A DNA stretch of 62,294 nucleotides, the filler included, from Trypethelium eluteriae (taxonomy: Eukaryota): assembly GCA_051942245.1 (NCBI GenBank). It is 3 parts of 3 records of this genome, joined end to end, with 100 filler letters (N's around TTAATTAATTAA, not from the genome) between each part and the next. Parts side by side here need not be neighbours in the genome. Positions count along the whole stretch, not along the records: positions 41,625 to 62,294 come from JAVECL010000491.1; 2 more parts are not named here. One strand, written 5' to 3'. Shown piece after piece: positions 47,545 through 59,051 of this stretch. Under the pieces are notes generated by a model that saw nothing but the letters and a program-made list of their open reading frames with translations, was not told the origin of the DNA and did not search any database. The position numbers and the translations under genes are program-made. The first letter of the stretch is position 1. Each line of letters starts with the position of its first letter.

Positions 47545-48544
47545 TGGATGCCAATTGGCAGTCTCTGACTCCTGAACGACCAAACAGTCTTAAGAGGCGG
47601 GCTACCTTCGAGGAAGATGACGACAATCAACCGCTCGAATCTCCACCTTCAGATGTCAAGAAGCACCGTCAAAGGAGTGCCATTGACAACATAAGCTTGG
47701 TGTCACTTGGTCAGGCATGGGATGTCGACCTCAAGACTATTCTTCCTCATAATCAGTATCCTTATCCGGCAATGTTCGTTCTCTGCGTAGTAGGAAGTCT
47801 AACGCACCACCATGATCTACTTTGGTAAGGAGAAATCTTTCGTACACCAAAACTCCCTCACTGAAGGGTCTTGTATTGGCATGGTGTCTCTTTATGAAGA
47901 CTCAAAATGAAAGAAAAAAAAGCGTACCCTTTCAGTGCATTGTGAATCGGATCTTTGCCTATCCATTCGTTTTCTCGTTCTGTGCTTTCTACTTTCAATC
48001 CTCAACAACTGACCCCTCGCTCCGAAGCTCCCCTAGTCCCGCACTTTGCATACCAACTTCCCTCCCCATACACCCGGTCCTCCTGATCCCTTCTCCCTCC
48101 GCCACCTCACGCCATTACTACAGCTCTATCACCAGTACCCCGAGCTCCGCCGTTCTCCACCTACTTACCCATTCCCCACTGCCCGTCCTCCCTACGCCGC
48201 AACAGACCTTCATCCGTCTTGGGCTCTTTCATCCCAGTGGCAGTCAACCGCTTGACGCTATTGTCTTGCTCGACTGGTGCGGCCGCCGACGCCTTGTCGT
48301 CCCGTTTGGGTGGGGGGCTGGGAAGTGGGTCGGTGGGATAGGAGGCAACAGTAATGCGCACCATGCTGAGGAGCTAATGGGCGCGCTCGGGGACGGCGTG
48401 AGGGAACTTAGTGCGGAGTGGGAAGGTAGCGTAGAAAAAGCGGAATGGGAGGAGAGGAGGGCGATGGGGATGGATGGGAAATCACAAGCTGGAGCGGGAG
48501 CAGAAGACTATGACGCGAATGGCGAGATGGCTATCGATGAATGA
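47545..48544 (+). CDS. Hypothetical protein, possibly with a degenerate thioredoxin/peroxiredoxin-like C-terminal region
   Basis: Exon 1 MDANWQSLTPERPNSLKRR... ends at a GTAAGG donor near 47825; ACTGAC branch and acceptor near 48027 or 48036. Exon 2 contains FIRLGLFHPSGSQPLDAIVLLDWCGRRRLVVPFGWGAGK. Confidence 0.65.
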
Positions 48545-48797
48545 TGGTTGGAAGGGGTGTTGCACACATATCCCAACCATACGCATAGCAAGGAAATGAC
48601 GATCAGGATGGGGAAAACGAGCTGAGGTCGAATGATGTTGGATTATTCTATCAGATTGCACCTTGTTGTGCTGTCTAATGCTCGCTCAGGTACGCTCAAA
48701 ACACGATGATATCCCAAATATCATGACGGCTAAATGTTCAAACATCAGGCATTCCTCTTCAAAAGCGCCAAAGACCATGCTTCGATGCAGGCCACCT

Positions 48798-50346
48798 CTA
48801 ATAGACAGAGCATGCCTCCGTGGTCGCGCGTTGAAATGCATGGGCGAAGAAATGATGCATAGCGTGGTAATGGAAAAGAATGCCTCCCAACACTGCGAAA
48901 TGCCAAATGTTATGGCTTCCACCCACGTAATCGAAAGCCCCTGGAAACCAACGTTCTGGCACTTTCCCAGCATACAAAACCGCTCCGCCTAGATATACAA
49001 GCAAACTCTTCACAATCGGAAGATAGAAATAGATTGCCCACTCAGTTCCGCGGGTAAAAACGAGCTGCGCAAAGGGAAAGAAGCCGGTAGCGGCCAGTGT
49101 GACGTAGAATGCCACTCGTGCCCAGGACATATCCGCGCGGTTGAAGAAGGGATGCCAAGGTAGGATGGAACCGCCGATTCCAAAGAGGGCGGTCGTGACC
49201 ATCCACGCCCAGCGCCAGAACGGTTCGCAGTAAAATGCAGTATACTCGGTCGTCATGATGGATGCTGCAACAAGAAAGGATATGCCGGTATAGTCAACGC
49301 AGGCAAAGCGCTCCATGAGGTTCTGCTCCGCGATAGAGCTCATGGTGTGCCAGACTGTGCTGCAGACAAGGCATTTACAGGCAGCGAAAAAGAACGTTGC
49401 GGCAATGAAGATGTCGGAAGTGGTGGAGGATGAAAAGTTGGCGCTTGTGGGATAGAAGTAAAATGCGATAGCAAGGACAATGATTAGACCGATCAGGTGG
49501 GACCAGATGTTGACAAGTTCATTTGAGACGCTGAGCATGGAGCGGATGCAGTCGATTTTGTGTTGGTTGAATCGATAGCCGCGGAGAATATGTGGATTGA
49601 CCTTCCAAGGGTCCGGAATTTCATGATATTGAAGTAACCCTCGCTCCCGAGCTCGTTGGATAGCAGCATCGACTGCCAGCTTCAAGTTCTCTTTCGCGCG
49701 ACGCGCTTTCTCTATGCCTTCGTCCACGACTCCTTTGGCTCTCCCAATACTCTCGTCCACTCGCCGCTTGCTTTCATCGAGAAAATCACTCGCTGCGACG
49801 CCGAGACTGCCATCGCGAACCGCGTATGCTCGGGCTTCGAAGTCTGCGAGCATGCCTTCCATGAATCGCACCCCCTCATGGACCTTTTGCTCCATTGTGT
49901 CCCTCCTTGCTAGTGCACCTTTGTAGTGATCTTCAAGTACTTCGACTAATATCTTTGCTCTTCTCCTTCCTGCATCAATGACACCATCAGAGATGTGAGA
50001 GCAAGAGTCTCGTACAGCGCAAAGAGTTGAGTATGCCCTTTCAACCCCGGCATCAAAATTGAGGTGACCGTAGGATTCCATGAAGTCTAGTCTTCGGTTC
50101 AATTCGGCTAAAAAGCGATCGACCTTTTATTGACCATCAGCAGTGTAAGCCTTTGTTGTTGGAAATGATAGTTCTTACAAGGACTTGAATATTGTCTGAC
50201 TCTGCCGTCCATTGTCTTGGGTTGTACGATGAATGTCGTCGTCGTCGCGTATTCTCCCGCTCCTCAACAGAAATTCCTGAGGCCGAGCCCATTGCTGGCT
50301 CTTCGTAGCTCTCTTCCATAGTCACTGTTGCAAGTCTTGAGGCCAT
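48798..50346 (-). CDS. PAQR / haemolysin-III family membrane protein (Izh3-like)
   Basis: NPHILRGYR, NELVNIWSH, STVWHT, VDYTGIS and VPERWFPGAFDYVGGSHNIWH motifs; intron 50124-50178. Confidence 0.92.
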
Positions 50347-51258
50347 TATGAGCACTGTACTTCCATCCAGAACGTCTGCTGGGAGATTTCGAGTGCGCCT
50401 TTTACATGTGCGCAACTGACGTCTTCGGTAAGTCGAGATAAAATATGACAGACTTAGTCGCCGATGCTGATTCCGAAAAGATGACTGTGATGAGATCTTT
50501 GCTCGGAGTAATTCAGGAAAATTTCGAGAAGGACTTTCGAGTTGCCATGACAGCCAAAGGGATAATTATTTACCCCTCATGAAGCGCCAATGGCAGTGTT
50601 GAGCAGCTGAGGTTGACTGGGCGAATTGTGGGGATTTAGAAATGGAGGCGGCAAAAAAGCTAGCACCTAGGCCAAGGTAGTACAGTCACTAGTATCTTAA
50701 GATCTGATCCTCCGGCCGAGGCCGAGACCCTGGTGGCTTTCAAGCCACACCGGTTTTACTTTCCATAAGGTACCTCAAAACCACAGCTCGTATGCGATGC
50801 GGGGAAGTTTCGGTATCCTTTCACTGCAGCCTCATTTTCCGGACGAGCTCTCTGCAGGCTCGTCCCATGAGGTCCTGTTTACCATCGACGAAGAGGGAAG
50901 TCCAGCTACGTGATGTGCGATTGTTGAGAACATCCGATACGTGAAATTGAAACCTGCACGTGTGATCACTCGCAGTACTTAAGCTAGTACGGAGTACATA
51001 CAACGAACATTTATATTTTGGTCATTGAAGGCTATGCCGGAGGGACTAAGCTGAGGAAAAGAAAAGATATGGTTACCCGAATGTCTCAGAACTCTAGCAT
51101 GAGAAGACCCTCCCTCAAGAATGAGCAAAGTGAAAGGCTCTCGTATATCATCCAATCAAGTTCTTATGTGGAACCATGACCGCGAATCCGCTGTGGAAAT
51201 ATTTTCGATGTTTCGGTGAACTACTAGGCCCAGACGACGCTGACCAGGTCTTTCTTGT

Positions 51259-52240
51259 TCACCAAGCATCTTTCGCAAGCGCATCTGCTTTCATGTTCAT
51301 GTCTCGTGGAAGCAAGTGGAACACAACCTGAACGCCCACCCTAGCTAGCGCCTCCCTCTCCTCGATAAGACGTGAAAAATTCCGCACTGTTCTTCACAAT
51401 CTTTCCTCGTTTGTTGACAAGTATGCCTTGCCTATTCTTGGTCCAGTTTGGAGAGTTTGCACACACAGCTTCGACGACGTAACTCGAATCGGTTGCAATG
51501 ATCGTGCGGAAACAGGTGATATTCTTGATCACAGACTTGCTTTGCCCTCGCACCGCTGCCTGCACAGAAACGTAACGAGCTGGGAGAACGCATTCACGAA
51601 TGATCTCAAATGCACGTACAACTGCTAGTATCTCGGCCTTTTGACTAGTTGGTGGGTCCAGTCCAGAAAGTGCTTCAGAGACACTGTAACGAGAGTTCTC
51701 GCCGAAGTAGACGCCGATGCCCGCCTTCGCATCCACGGTGCCGTTTCCCGGGCATGCGCCATCTGTAAAGACGACAAGCGATCTGCTGGTTCCACGTAAT
51801 ACTTCGGAGGACATCTCGTGTGAAGGATGCTTAGCAGCAGCATCCTCTCCGCCCTTTCCGTTCAGCCACGTAAGCTCACATATATTGCATCGGTGAAGTT
51901 TTGGCCGTTCTTTGGCCAAGACTGCAAGAGTTGTACCTCGATTGGAGTTCCTCATATTCTTTTCGGAACCGAAAACCTGATCTCCAGTTGCGGGATCGAA
52001 ACGAGCCGCCTCGCCAAATAATACAGGCACTTGGTCAAGATTCCCTGGTTCATCATTGAGTAGTTCATCATTGAGTGGTATACCCTCGGATTCCTCATCG
52101 GAAGTAGTATCTTCAGACTCTTCATCGAATGTCATGTCGAGGCAACATATTGGACAAACACGAAGATGGTGGTCGTAACAGACAGCTTTGCCATTAACAA
52201 AGGTGATATCAGGTACTGATGCCTCAGAGAACGCAGCCAT
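51259..52240 (-). CDS. RNase H1-like domain protein with N-terminal Cys/His clusters; frameshifted near the C-terminus
   Basis: VFTDGACPGNG, AGIGVYFG, TSQKAEILA and IATDSSYVV motifs. Removing one base at the A5 run (51375-51379) restores VQVVFHLLPRDMNMKADALAK, with TGA at 51259-51261. Confidence 0.8.
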
Positions 52241-52636
52241 GATGTAACTATGTGATAGACGTGCTATGATATGACTCAAGGACTGGGTGGTAATATGGAT
52301 TTTGGAGAGCGAAACTCGCTAGATAGAGCTACGACTTACTTGTACTGACGTACTTACATATAAGATACTTAGAAATTCTTATCGAGCCGATCTCTTGTGA
52401 CAACGGCAGAGATAAGGTTTGAGAGATGTTTCAGAATCAGAGGTAAGATTTGGGTGAATTTGCTAGTGCTGATTCCTGCGAATAAGGGGTAGGAGTAGGG
52501 TTGTGACGCGAAACGAGGGCCTTTCAAGCCACACTAAAAAGTGCCCTGCGGATGTACACGCCACGCCCTCCCCGGTCTGTTATTCGTACTGTCCGCGAAC
52601 TCTCTCAAAGATCGACTCATCAGACTCTGCCCAAGC

Positions 52637-53380
52637 ATGGATCAGAACGATATCGTCACGGATCCTCTGCTGCATTCCGTCCTCACCGCTGCTGAACGTA
52701 CTCGACAAGAATGTCTGCAAATTACCCACCTGCTCGAGCAGCATAAAGCGACGCCAGGGACAGCTCCACGAGATGTGCAGGTTGAACTTTCAGAGCACCA
52801 GAAGCAGCTCTTCTCGAATCTTAGCCAAATGCGATCTCTGCACCGCGATGCCTTGTACGAAGTGCGGAAGACGAAAGCCGAGACCACCGAGAGGCGCCAC
52901 GAGATTGATGCGCTACACCTTCAGCTACAAAATCTGTACTACGAGCAACGGCACCTGATCGGCGAGATCGAGGCCTGTCGTTCTTACGAGTAAGCTATTC
53001 CGCTAGCTGTCAACACCCTCAAAGCTAAAGTGTGCATTTAGTCACAAGTATCAACAACTACCTCTGATCTCGATGGAAGAGTTTCTTGCGCAATTCCCGG
53101 AGCATACCAGTGATGACGAAAGCGAATTGATGACTGCGCGAATCAATCATGAGTACGAGGAACGGCAGAAACTCGAAGATCAGCGACAAGCCCTATTGAA
53201 GAAGAAGCAGGCGCTCATTGCGGAGAACAACAGGCGAAAAGCTGATCTTGAGAGTCTGGATCAGGACTTGGAGAAATTCATTATTGTGAGTAATTCCATG
53301 AGAGGGTAGGGTGATTCAACCTGCTAATGAGATTGGAGGCTGCGCAACCCATACAGAAGACTTTAGAGAAAGAATATTGA
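52637..53380 (+). CDS. THOC5: THO complex subunit 5 / Fms-interacting-protein-like
   Basis: EIDALHLQLQNLYYEQRHLIGEIEACRSY, HKYQQLPLISMEEF and LMTARINHE motifs; two introns. Confidence 0.8.
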
Positions 53381-53553
53381 GGGAAGTTGGCATAGTTCTT
53401 CTTTCTTTTGCATGACGAGGTGCAAGTCCGCTTATGATTGGTCTTCTCTATGATCATAGCGCGGCGGTTTGCAAAGTTATGATCATTGTTATACCGATCA
53501 AACGTGCTATTTAGGAAGTAGCAGAGCGTCAAAATACTTCTCTCTGAAGTGCA

Positions 53554-54447
53554 TTACGCAAGATACTTCTGAAACCACTCAATTCCCTGCTTCTCGGCAT
53601 CATCCATTGCTTTCTTATCCTTCTCACTCGAGAAATCGCCTCTCAACGCAAACCCATGGACTTGATCCTCATATAGCTTCAGCTCATGGGGCACATTGGT
53701 CAGCTTGGCCATCGCATCTTGTATCTTCCCCTGCTCTTTCTCTTTTATCAAGCTGTCCTTGGTCCCCAGCGCCACACTCAATGGCTTGGTCACTGGATTG
53801 AGATCTGCCGGAATTGCAAGAAGCGATGGATGGCATGCATAAGCGGCATCGACGCCATTTCCTGGACCATAGTTACCGTCGTGCGCGGTCAAAACCGCAT
53901 AGCGCCCTCCCCAGCAGAACCCAATCGTCCCTACTTTGTCTGTCCTCGGGATCATTCTAACAGTCCTGATGAAGCCATCAATAATCGGCTTCACAACAGC
54001 TTCGCGGTGCTTGAAAAGCCATGGACCCAGTGTAGCCCCAACCTTGGCTGTTTTGGTGCCCTTTGCGAGTAGGGAGAGGTTCTCCCGGGTGGGAAGAGGC
54101 GGCTCGATATCCTGTAGCAACTCTTCCGGCAGCGAGTCCCCTTGGTGGAAGTCGGGAATGTAGCAGTAGAACCCAGCCTTGGCATAGCTGTCGGCGAGGA
54201 GGCGAACATTGTTGAGCTTCCAGCCGAAGACTGGAAAAGGATGTTCAATTAGTTGATGAAAACGAAATGATACAGTGCTGATCGACTCACTGTCGGTAAG
54301 GAATATGATGGTTTTGGCATTGCTACCAGATTCAGGCTGAGCAACATAAGTCGAGATTCCACCTATCTCTTCCTCCCGGCCTTTGGGCGAGCCTTCGGCA
54401 AGCTTGCCTGAGAGACAACAATCACTTATTCCAACGCCTGTAGTCAT
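53554..54447 (-). CDS. Dienelactone hydrolase family alpha/beta hydrolase
   Basis: DCCLSG, D(I)FGW, LLADSYA, IPDF, GFCWGG nucleophile elbow, HPS and QVHGFALRG motifs; one short in-frame intron at about 54231-54290. Confidence 0.92.
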   Translation of the reverse strand: MTTGVGISDCCLSGKLAEGSPKGREEEIGGISTYVAQPESGSNAKTIIFLTDSESISTVSFRFHQLIEHPFPVFGWKLNNVRLLADSYAKAGFYCYIPDFHQGDSLPEELLQDIEPPLPTRENLSLLAKGTKTAKVGATLGPWLFKHREAVVKPIIDGFIRTVRMIPRTDKVGTIGFCWGGRYAVLTAHDGNYGPGNGVDAAYACHPSLLAIPADLNPVTKPLSVALGTKDSLIKEKEQGKIQDAMAKLTNVPHELKLYEDQVHGFALRGDFSSEKDKKAMDDAEKQGIEWFQKYLA

Positions 54448-54927
54448 ATTGAAGAGTATAGTGTGAAGGCTTCCCAAAGACTAATTGGCTATTTAGATTT
54501 AAATTCAAAGGTGAACGACGGGGATTGAAGTGCGACGGCTTGCTGAACGGCATGAGCAACCTCGTTTCATCCCGACAGTCAGCAGAGAGGGTGAAAAAAA
54601 CAAATGCTGGCCAACGTCCAAACCTAGCCCTATTACTTTTTTCTTTATCTGGCACATATGAAGGTGCCAGACCGGTAGAGGCGTTTGCTGAATACTCAAC
54701 AATTGCAGGGATCTGGCACGCTGGGATTCTTCTATTTAGACTTAAAATTTAGCGAACTGGTCCATGCGGTAACTTCGACGTTCACTGCGTCAGCCTAATC
54801 TGCTGTATTTTGATCGTGGCACCCAAAATTTGCAGGGTCCCAGCCTTATCTACAATGAAATGGTCAAGCTGTGTAAAAGCTTTCATAGCGCCTTTGCAGA
54901 GGACTGCTGCCAGACACGTCCACCGGG

Positions 54928-56114
54928 ATGGCTAACGCGGCCGTTTACGGACGTCTTCAAAAGAAGGTCTGGGAAGGTTCAATACCACTCTCAATTAGAT
55001 TATCCCCAGCAGAATGCAGGACCTACGATGATTCAGATCCTTACCTAGTATGTCATACAGAAGGCTTCGAACGTGCCCAGCTGAATCCAGTCAGATCCAA
55101 TGCCCTAGGCTATCCTACCTTCCGTTCCTGCTCCCTAGAATCCGTGCCTTCTTCGCCTCGTCGCTGATCGACCCCGAGGTCCAGGCTCATGATGGCTGGT
55201 TTGCATTCGAGAGTTTACCATTGAAATGGCATCTCCCCGTTGGTCTACTTTATGATCTATTTTCAGGAGCCGAGCCAGCTTCTTCTTCTGCGGATCCTGC
55301 GCGTGGACATGAGTCAAGGCATGACGAGCACACGGGGGACAAGAAGAATGACAATGATACAGAGACGCTGCCTTGGAAGCTTGTGGTGCATTTCACAGAT
55401 TGGCCGGAGGATCAATTGATCAAATTGGATGAAGATGGAAAGGTGATACAGGATGCATTTATTAACGGAGTGAAAGAAGTACACTACTGTCTACAGGCAC
55501 ATCATGTACACGGCTAACACATGATACCACAAGGCCGATTTTCTCCGCAACGGGTCCGCGAGGGTGGTAATGGGATTGAGTAAGGATGACTCCACGACGT
55601 TGTGGGAATCTGTCGAAAAGCGTGAGTCTATATAGACAGTATTTGGTTGACGGATACATGCTGAATCCATAGCAGATGATTTGAACCTCTTCAACAATAT
55701 CAATAACAAACTTCTCAATCCACCAGGGACCAGCCTCCGGCACATTCCCCTGAAAGTCTATCTACCGACGACTCCAGCGACAAGCACACCTGCAGACAGC
55801 GGGCCCTCGGCAAATTCTGCTGGCTCTCTTAGGGTGGTACAATCTCTAGTCACCCCTTTCTTGCCGTCGAGTATGGACATGTAGGGTTCTGTTTGCTGAA
55901 AATTTCTAATTATCGTATAGAGCAACCTCAGACGCTGGGTACGGCTCTCAATGCGTTATTGCCATCCGTCTTTCCAAGCCGGCGAAATCCAATCCTTGCA
56001 CAGGCAGTGCTCCATGGGACCGTTATGCCACTAGCCGCGACCATGGAGGAGCTTTTGCGGGTCGCAGCATACCCGGATGGATTCTTGCACATAGCGATAG
56101 TCATGATGGGTTGA
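54928..56114 (+). CDS. ATG5: Autophagy protein Atg5
   Basis: [65 protein letters not shown] and YPDGFLHI motifs; four introns. Confidence 0.95.
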
Positions 56115-56443
56115 CTCGGACTTTGACGAAATAAAACAAGTGTCATTATTAGATCTAGGAATGGTAGACAATAGAGTCTCGTCGCCTTTGATCGCATGCC
56201 TACCAGATTTCTGGTCATGAAATGGATTTCCACAAACCCACTTAAGCGCAGGACTTCTTCAACGCGAAAGAGGAAAGCTCTTGGTTTGCCCGAGATTTCT
56301 CCATCACGGATTGAAAAAACTAATCGCTTATGTGCAAATAGCTAGTGAGTTGACTGTCCCTCTCATCACAGACATCCTTGCTCACGCCGTGCAGCGATCT
56401 CTACCTGATACCTCGCTCGGATCTTCAAGAGAGTCCCGTCCAT

Positions 56444-58404
56444 TCACAAGAGCGTTTCCTTCACGATATAACGCCCCGCCTTGAGGATTTCAGCGTCTAA
56501 GTTGCCCCTCTTCACACTTACTTGAGGAAACTGCGAAATCCATATCTCCTTGAGGACAGCAGTACCTTCAGCATTGGTGTCATTCCACCTTCTTCCAGGT
56601 TCCGTCCAAGACATTGGATAATCGTCACAGGCAAGCTTCAACTTGGCTATTGCTAAGATCGCAGCCAAGATAGCGTCCTCAAGTAGATCTTGCAGCAGCT
56701 CAGTGTGAGAACATCCATGCTTCTCCAGAGGTGGTATTTTCATCTTCTCAATGTGACCTCTCAGAACAGCACAGATTTCTCCATTCACTCTTTGCGCTTC
56801 CGGCCTGAAATTATGGCCCTCGATCTTTTCGTTCGTGGCCCGTTCCAGCAGGTCGTTGATATGGGTTGTGCCTATCCCGGTCAGTCATAATCATGCGAGC
56901 GTCAGAGCTGGACATACTGAGCTCGGACGTTTTCTTAATCCAGCTGACTAGTATCTTCCAGTCGGCCAAGTCCAGAGTCAATTCTGGATAGGGATGGGCA
57001 GGTTTCAGGACTCTCTCATATATAGCTGCACCGACCAGTCCTTCCAGGACTGCCGAATTCGCCAATGTATTTTCAAATGTCATATACCTCTTGAACCACG
57101 AACTTTCTCCAAAGACACACTGATAAAGTCGCCGCAGTTCAGGTCCTGGATTGCTTTCAACTTGACAGCCTGGACCACCTCGTAAATCTTCCTCGCCATA
57201 GGTCTGTTTCATAAAATGTAAAACGGCATCTCGCATATTCCGATGAACCGCGTCTATCAACTTTCCGGCGTCTATGTCACTCAGTTGCAAACATTTTCCC
57301 GGTGCGTTCTCCTGATGTAGGTATGCTGGCCGATGAATAGCGATATCCAGGTTGTCCACTTGGCTAACATCATTTGCAGTCTGTTTGGCCTCCGTTGCCC
57401 TTGGGCCTTTCTGCTGGAGCTGTCCATGGCAACGAGCTTTCTTTGTGTTGTTGGGAACATCGATCTTTATCCGCCCTTCAATGTGTTTATTAGATTTGCG
57501 GGATGCGAGCCGTTCCCCAGTGGAGTTCTGACCTTGAGCTGCTGCGGATTTCTTGGAAGGAATCTGTACCAGTGTGTTTCTGGAAGAGGCCAGCAAACCG
57601 GGGTGCTTGCGCTTATTGCTCTCAGGAAGCTTCTTCTTTGCGGCAACGAGAACCAGATCTGTCGATACCGACGGATTGGTATCTTGAGGTTCGAGGGCGT
57701 CACTGCGTCTCTTGCGTGTCGGATGTTGGGATGTATCAGATTCTAGAGAGTTCGCTTCAAGATCTGGTCTTGCCAAAAGGTGAGACTGAGGCAAACAATC
57801 GACGCTATCATCTCCTTGAAAGGCGTCCATATTCGGCTGTGCTTCTTTGCTCAAGACTGCATGGGTAGAATGTGCCGGGGGTGGCCTCGTGTTTCTGGTG
57901 GACCCTTGCTGCGAAGCTGCTTTGGTACCGGACCGTAATTGTGCAAGTACACCGAGACGTTCAGCAGTCGCTCTTGCCTGCTCGAGCGTCCTGAGATACT
58001 CCTCCCTGAGTATCTTTGATCCGTCCTTGCAAAGGTCTTGTAGCTTACGTAGCTGCCTTTCATCGCCATCATCACTGATGCCATGGTCCCTACATGCCCT
58101 CGTCACTGTCGATCTCAACGTCTCTTCCGTGTACGGCTCGAGTTGCGCTGAGCTTCGAGTTATTCTTTTCGGCCGATAATTCGTGATCACCTCGGCAATC
58201 AACGCACGCGGGCCATCGTCTGTGGAGTACTTCCTGGGGTTTTTTTTGGAGCTCAGCGAGCACTGTTGCAACTGCTATTTGTGAACACAAGTTAATGGAT
58301 AAACCTTCATGAGAGCGTATGGCTGCATCGGGCTGCATTCGTGTCGACTGATCCGGCATTCTTGGTAAGCTTGACCGTTCATCTGGAATTTCTTGGGGTG
58401 CCAT
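56444..58404 (-). CDS. Large hypothetical protein (about 630 aa): helical N-terminus, disordered middle and folded C-terminal domain; probable 1-nt frameshift near 58240
   Basis: ORF 56811-58271 splices (GTATGT 56917, CTGAC branch, TAG 56872) into ORF 56444-56788. The frame from ATG 58404 joins if one base is removed at the G4/T8 run 58236-58247. Confidence 0.65.
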
Positions 58405-59051
58405 GTTCGAAAATTCGCAGTTGCAATACTCTGCAAGAGTGATAGTAAGAAGTTGATGTGGTTTATGCAGCACTCCCTTCGAGCCAAGCAGTATGGTGTT
58501 GTGAAAGAGGCTTGCAAAGAATCAATCTAATTTGAAGGTCTCGCACTTATTGCAATTCAGTATGGAGCGATAAAGAAGCCGAGAACGGTGGAAAGTGAAT
58601 ACAAGTCCCGCTGTGAGTAGTCTTTGTTGGGTGGAGCATAAGTGAGATCCAAGACGTTAACACACTGAATCGGGATATCACTGTTGAAGGAAAAGATCAC
58701 TGAGCTGTTCCCGTGACTAATGATGAAAACAGACTGCAGAGGCCCCTCATCCACTTTCTTCACTTTCCTCCAATGACTGGCATGTGATTGTATTAATGCT
58801 ATTAGCACCTGCTTTAGTTTTCCCCTGATAGGTCGGGGTATGGCCCCAATCTCACTCTCCAGCCTCGAAGCACCTCTTGTACTTTCGACTAAAGTGTCTC
58901 TTGCATACTAGTCTCTCCTTCTTCTCGCTCATATCTCCAAAATCCCAGCTCAGTCTACAGAGTGGGAAGACCCGCATAAGATCATGTTTCACTCCTCTTA
59001 ATAGAGCTTCTTAACCTTCAAAGAGTCTCACCTTTTCTCAAGCACAGCATC

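Noticed and set aside
51259..52240. RNase H as part of a retrotransposon
   Set aside because: No reverse transcriptase, integrase, LTRs or poly(A) tail are visible, and it is flanked by ordinary genes.
58236..58247. -1 programmed frameshift at the A-rich run
   Set aside because: Joining the two frames needs +1 (loss of one base), not -1.
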